NCBI RefSeq assembly: GCF_016433145.1
Contig: NC_058135.1
Location: 275,501,126 to 275,565,125 of the forward strand
Reading direction: 5' to 3'
Source of the DNA: Gracilinanus agilis
Lineage: Eukaryota
Length of the DNA stretch: 64,000 bases
Below the pieces are notes generated by a model, which was given only the letters and a program-made list of their open reading frames with translations, was not told the origin of the DNA and did not search any database. The position numbers and the translations under genes were made by a program. Positions 58,242 to 64,000 of this stretch are shown one piece after another (positions within the stretch are counted from its first letter, which is position 1; every line of letters starts with the position of its first letter).

Positions 58242-60977
58242 TTTTTTAAATTTAGTCAGTTTAGTATAGACATGTTAATTTTCTTTACTAAACTCAGCAT
58301 TCTTGTTAAAATTAAGTTGTCTGATTAGATCATTTATCAAGTCTTCTACCTCTCATGTTCTATATCTTAAATTTTCCTCAAGGTCTAGCTTAATACATTA
58401 AGTTCTTCTTGCTCTGAAATTCTTTAAATGTAATAGCTGAGTGGCAAATGTACTGCTTCCAATTTTCAGAGGGTTTATTCACATTCTATCTACTATATGA
58501 TCACAGGTGCCTAAGACTATAGTTAAATGGCTCCTAATGAAGTGTATATCTTTTTTTAAAAAGCCCCAAGGTAAAAAGATAGTATTTATTATGCCTTATT
58601 ATGTGCTGGGTATGCTACTGAATGTTGTTAATATGAACATAAGCAAATAGAAAGACAGTCAGATGTTATTTTAATAAGGCAAAATAAAAGACATTTTCTG
58701 AAATTACTTATTAAGAAATGCTACACCAAAAGACCTTTATCATAGACCTGGGATCCATTGTCCCACAATTATGCTTAGTAGTCCAGACAGAGGTCACCAT
58801 TAGAGAGGTGTCATACGCATATACACACTTAAAAATAAACATCTATTGCAGTGTTTTGTGAGGGAGGACATGCTTCTGATTCTTCAGGAGTTTTGATATC
58901 CTTGCCTTGCTCCCATTGTTCTTGGTCCTTCTATCTTCTCTAGATGTTTATCCAATGACAACAGATGGGCACTAATTGGTCTGTAGTCTCTCCTCTGCTT
59001 CCAGATCCCAGATTAGATGAAGTTCTAAGGAACTTGGAGCTCTGTATGTGCTCTCTCCTTCCTAGTCCAAAAGACATTCTCCTTGGGAGAGAAAATAAAA
59101 TAAAATAACTAAAAATCAGTTATGCACTCTATAGTATGGCATCATTTCCATATACAGTCAATTTTTCTGTCTTATGTATAAGTCTTCCATGAATTTTCCC
59201 CATTATAGCTTAAATCTCCACATTTATTACCCTTCATCTTCCTTGTCAGGTTTACTTATTCTAAGCTCAGTATTTTAGTGCACTTCACTAATCTATTAGA
59301 GGTAAGTTAATATTTTGTTTTCATCCTCTATTAACTTTCATTATTTCTATTTTCTGCTATTAATTTTTTCAAATCAAGTTACTAGTAATGTGTACTTCAT
59401 ATTTAGTAACTACATGGGGCCCTTCATACAATTCAGAATCACAGATATTAGGCTTAGAAGGGACTTCAATTGGCCATGTGAAACATTTGAAGTGTCACAA
59501 TAGAATACACACTCTAGGATAACAGGCAAGTGACCAAGTTCCTGCTTAAAATATGAGAGGAAAAACATTCTTTTAAAGATTAAATGCATTGTGTTTTTGG
59601 AAAGACTTAATGATTTGTAAATTTTGTTGGGTTTTTTTTTTGATTGTTTATTTTGTTTTCCCCTAATATTAAACTTAACTTTGAATACTGGCAATTCTTG
59701 CCCCAGATCTCAGTCTGTCTAGCTTTCCTCTTCCTCTAACATAAATTTTAAAACATGGTATCTTTGCCCAAAACTTTCCATCATTTCCAACCAAAGAAAT
59801 ATTTTCCTCGTTATTGAAATGATAGTCAGAATACAATTTCCCCTTGATTGCTTCTTTATCTTTGGAGAATGAAAATATTTTTAAAACATGTAAAGACATT
59901 AATATGCTCTTTTTCTTAATAAAGAAAAAGTTATCAAATATTTGGATAACTGAAATTCCTTTTCTTTGTTACATCATGTCTCAATGCTTGTCTTGTTATT
60001 GTTTTACCAAATTCACCATCCATTTTGACAAGATCTTTCTCTGTGTCTGCCTCTGACTCCTTCTGCCTTTGTCACTGTCTCTGTCTTTCTCATCTCACAT
60101 TCTCACCTTACTTAACAAAATTGAAGGGAATATGTGGGAATGATTAGAAGCTATGTGACAACTTTTTATCAATTCCTAATTGCTAATGTTCTTTTTAAAT
60201 TAGGAATTAATTAGGAATGCTAATGTTCTTTTTTCTTCCTTTTGTAGGGCAATTATGAAATTCCTCTTTTTATAGTATAGTTTTGAAAGAGACATTGTAT
60301 AGTTTTAAATCTGTCTTTTCTCAATCTGTCCTATCTGTATTGGATTCTTGATATAAAGGATGCTTTTCTGGGTATGCAACTCACACTTTTAAAGTGATTC
60401 CACAATTTTCCAAATGCTTCAAAGCTCACGTCTTCTTCTGAACAAGAAAAACAAAGGGGAAAGAAGATATTAAGACCTAGAAGATGACCAGAATCATTAA
60501 TACTTGCAAAACCTATGAGATGAAGTTGTTACTGAGCTAATTTTGATATTTTTTGTTTTCACAGTTGTGAGTGGGAAAGAGCAAAATATTATAAGATTAG
60601 ATATTTTTTGTGATATCTGCTTAGAAGAAAACTTCAATAAAACAAAGACATAACTCCAAAATTGAATGAAAATGTTTTATCAATTACTGATACATCTAAT
60701 TTGATTTTTGGTATTTTTTTTACTTATTGTTTTGCTTTTTAAAAAAAATAACCTGACGAACAGAGACATTGTCATAAAAAACTTGGCTTGGACCTTCTCC
60801 ATAGTGGGTACATGGTATCCAGACTTTCATAAACAAATTGGAAAACAACAGAAATCAATTTTTTAAAATATGTACCTCAAGCTTTTAAACTTCCTTAATG
60901 TCAGTGAAAATTTGTTTTAAATTAAGTTGACTATTTCTTTTGCTGTGTCTCTATATGTATGTGTGTAGAAAACTTTT

Positions 60978-60980
<3 letters not shown>

Positions 60981-61018
<38 letters not shown>
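60981..61018. repeat. (GT)n microsatellite
   Basis: Read directly. Confidence 0.92.
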
Positions 61019-61022
<4 letters not shown>

Positions 61023-61408
61023 CTATAGAGGATAATCAGCTAAGAGTCTCAAAGTGAGAAAGTATTCTTACTTATTTGAAAACCATACAGAAAAAAATGT
61101 GGATCTTAATCTCTTCTGATGAGAAAGCAGTATGACAAAGAAATAAATATAACTGTTTCCTAAAGTGAATGTATAGCCCTTATCACACACTATCTTCATG
61201 TTTTCATTTGATATATTTATTTTCTCAATTTTCAGAAAATCATAAATTATTTAAATATTTATTGGAATTGGGGGAGAGTTGAGACTTGCGATTTTATTGG
61301 AAGAAAGAACTTATAGGGAATATGCCACCTCTATTCATACTAAACTGTAATACCAGAGAGTAAATATTTGATTTAGAGTCAACAAAGCATCTAGAGATCA
61401 ATTAGGCT

Positions 61409-61411
<3 letters not shown>

Positions 61412-61458
<47 letters not shown>
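61412..61458. repeat. (CA)n microsatellite
   Basis: Read directly. Confidence 0.92.
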
Positions 61459-61462
<4 letters not shown>

Positions 61463-64000
61463 CTCTTGTCACAAAGGTTGAAGATGATATAATGAAATCA
61501 ATTGTATTTACCTTTCTTGAATGGGGCTAAATCATACTCAACTACTTATTTTGATGTTTATATTTAAAATAACATAGTCATATAATAACTGTTACTTTCT
61601 GAGTACCTGAAGTTTTTACAAAGTTCTTCACATCCATATGCTAATTTAAAATTTGCAATAGCTCTATAAATTTAATTTCTATAGATATTATCTCTATTTT
61701 ACAGATGATAAAAATCAGACTTACTATAGAAACAACAAAAATCCCATCAAGTAGAAATTAAATGACTTGACTATAGTCAATTCAGCAATAAGTATCATAT
61801 TTGAAATCTAAATCACTTTTTCCATAGCACAAGTGTGTTTATTCTATAGATCCGTGAAGTTCTCTTCCCAACCTTTAAATCATCATTAATCAACTCTTGC
61901 AAGAAAGATGAGCCTCATTCAAAAATTATCTTGGAGTTCAAACCAGACCTTTATATTGAAAACAGACCTTCCCTTCTTACATCCTTGGAGACATCTCCTC
62001 TCCCAGGTCATTTACAAAAAAACAAAAACAACTTTCAAGTGATAAATTATATCTTCTGACAAGAAGTTCAAGATGATATAGTAATAGACTAAGGAAACTT
62101 TGTGGCCTAGTGAGAAGAGCTATAGAATTAAAGTAAAGGAATCTTGCCTGCTTACTTTACCTTGCCAAGAAATAGCTCTGTGACCTTTTATATCTTGCAG
62201 AAGAGTAGCCATGCTGAGTAGTAAGTCTTGTCCCCTACTGCAAAATAGTCATAATGAGACTCGTGATCACAATTTATTATTATTTGGATGTTAAGATTAA
62301 AGTTCTCTGGAGATTGCATATTAACTTACAATTATTTATTAAATAGTGAAAAATAGGTTGGAGAAAGAAAAGGCGCATAGTCCCATGGACTGTTGCCTAG
62401 CTAACCAGTGATTGCTGCTCACTTTGCATCTCCATTTACTCCTGCTGCTTGACCAGCACAGACCTTTGAGCTTCCTTTATCCATATCTTATCCCCCCACT
62501 CTGTGACAGCACTTATTCTGGGTCTCCTTCATTGGACAGACAACTTCAGTCCATGTCAAAGGCCAGTCTTTTGGACTTGAGACAAGAGGCGGCAAGCCGT
62601 TGGAAGAAAAGGCAAGCATTTTCCCAGAAGCCAGGAGTAATGTGGGAAAAGAGCCAATCATCTTCCAGGGAGCCAGGAGGATAATGGCATGAACTCAGAG
62701 TGCTCAGATGTTCCCCTTATACAGATAATTCTTGGGTCTTGTTTTTAATCCAGTTAAGAGATGAGGACTGAACAGAAACCCAATACACTAGAGAATGGTT
62801 ATCAAATTTAATATGAAACTTTCATTTTAAAATCCTGACTAATCTTAATGTAACAAGAAAAGCAGTTCAAGCTGGTGTTCAATTCTCACAGGGAGGAAGT
62901 ACTTCATAAAAAGTCAGCTATTCCTGCATAATATTTTATATTATTTATGTTATTAATTATATCCTTTATATATCTCAATATGTTGAAATATCATTTTAAA
63001 ATATTTAGGCATCCTAAACATTTAAGACATTCCCATCATTTTTATATTCAGGTATTATTTAGTAAAGAAATAAGAACAGCATTTTGGGGGAGAAATTTTA
63101 GGAAGAGATTTTAGGTAGGACTATTATATTATCTATTGCGTCTTTTTTTTTAAATACTCATTGAAATTTTTAATTCTTTTTAATAACAACTCCAACTATT
63201 TTGGATTAAAAACTTGCTTTCCTGAAATTTTTCTCTATGGAACATATTATTGAACAATATTCCCCCAAGATCATAGGCAGTAGGCAGTGTTCCAGTGTTC
63301 TTGACATATTATGAGAAATAAAGTTCTTAATTCAATAGAAATGATTCAGATATTGAAGAATGGATAGAAATCTCAGCTCTAATGCATAAATGATATCAGA
63401 ATAAACACTTATTAAGACACTTATTTCTTTATTTGAGAGTCAGAGAGACAGATAAGGAAGTTTTCCTTTAAAAAATTTCAGACATCTTAAACATATAAGA
63501 TATTCTCATCATTTTTATATTCAGGTGCTACTTCGGGAATAAATATGAGCAAACTTTATTCGGAGAAAATAAATTTTAGGAATGGGTTTTAGGCAGGAAT
63601 ATGTGAAAATAGGCAAGAAATAATGAAAAACAAAAATCCATACATAGTGGAATTGGAATAAATTTGGAATCAAAGAAGAATGCTGGGCGAATCTGAGGAC
63701 ATATTTGCATCTCTTTGATATTAGATAAGATTGTAAAGATCTTTTATTTTCTTTGATGCATTTATGAAAGGGGACTATAGACCTTGAGATAATCTTGACA
63801 TCCTTCTTCTGAATGTCTTTTTTTTTCATTGCATTTTCTCTAACTTTATTTCAGGGCATCTGCAACTCAAAAAGTTCTTTGTGCATAGCCTCTCCTCCAA
63901 ATGCATTCATTAGTCTCTAAGCTGGATCCATAATCTACTTCCACCATGTATTTCACTTATCAAGCTCCACTTTAAAAAAAAAAAAAAAAGCTAAAATCTG

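Noticed and set aside
63968-63989. Poly(A) run near the window end
   Set aside because: No upstream element or TSD is identifiable within the window.
1-64000. CRISPR arrays, tRNA/rRNA genes and other prokaryote-type systems
   Set aside because: None seen. The tRNA-like A/B boxes all belong to SINE heads, and the repeats are eukaryotic transposons or microsatellites.

Overview
Vertebrate genomic DNA, AT-rich, almost certainly a marsupial. The young tRNA-derived SINE family and the L1 3' ends look like those of the opossum Monodelphis domestica (from recall, not a database search). The window is part of an olfactory receptor (OR) gene cluster. It begins in the 3' two-thirds of an OR4-family gene (+ strand, stop at 616). 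Facing it tail-to-tail is a minus-strand tandem array of five OR10AG-subfamily-like loci about 9-14 kb apart: one pseudogene (11591-12526; three frameshifts and two nonsense codons) and four intact single-exon CDSs (20492-21445, 34145-35101, 47380-48303, 57318-58241). The intergenic DNA is mostly transposable elements: about 12 young SINEs, several with perfect target-site duplications (TSDs), MIR/MAR1, L2, L3/CR1, L1 copies of several ages, two LTR-class insertions nested in L1s, and one hAT-type MITE. There is a 135-N assembly gap. I found no convincing previously undescribed biological system, and no RNA genes or CRISPR arrays. The best second-look items are: an L1 that keeps both ends but has lost most of ORF2 through stacked internal deletions; a TSD-bounded L1 with a probable 3' transduction and a nested solo LTR; a 77-bp TSD-flanked micro-insertion; three locally templated short duplications; a conserved splice acceptor upstream of three OR paralogues; and a His-to-Gln change in the ECL2 HxxCD motif of one otherwise intact receptor.
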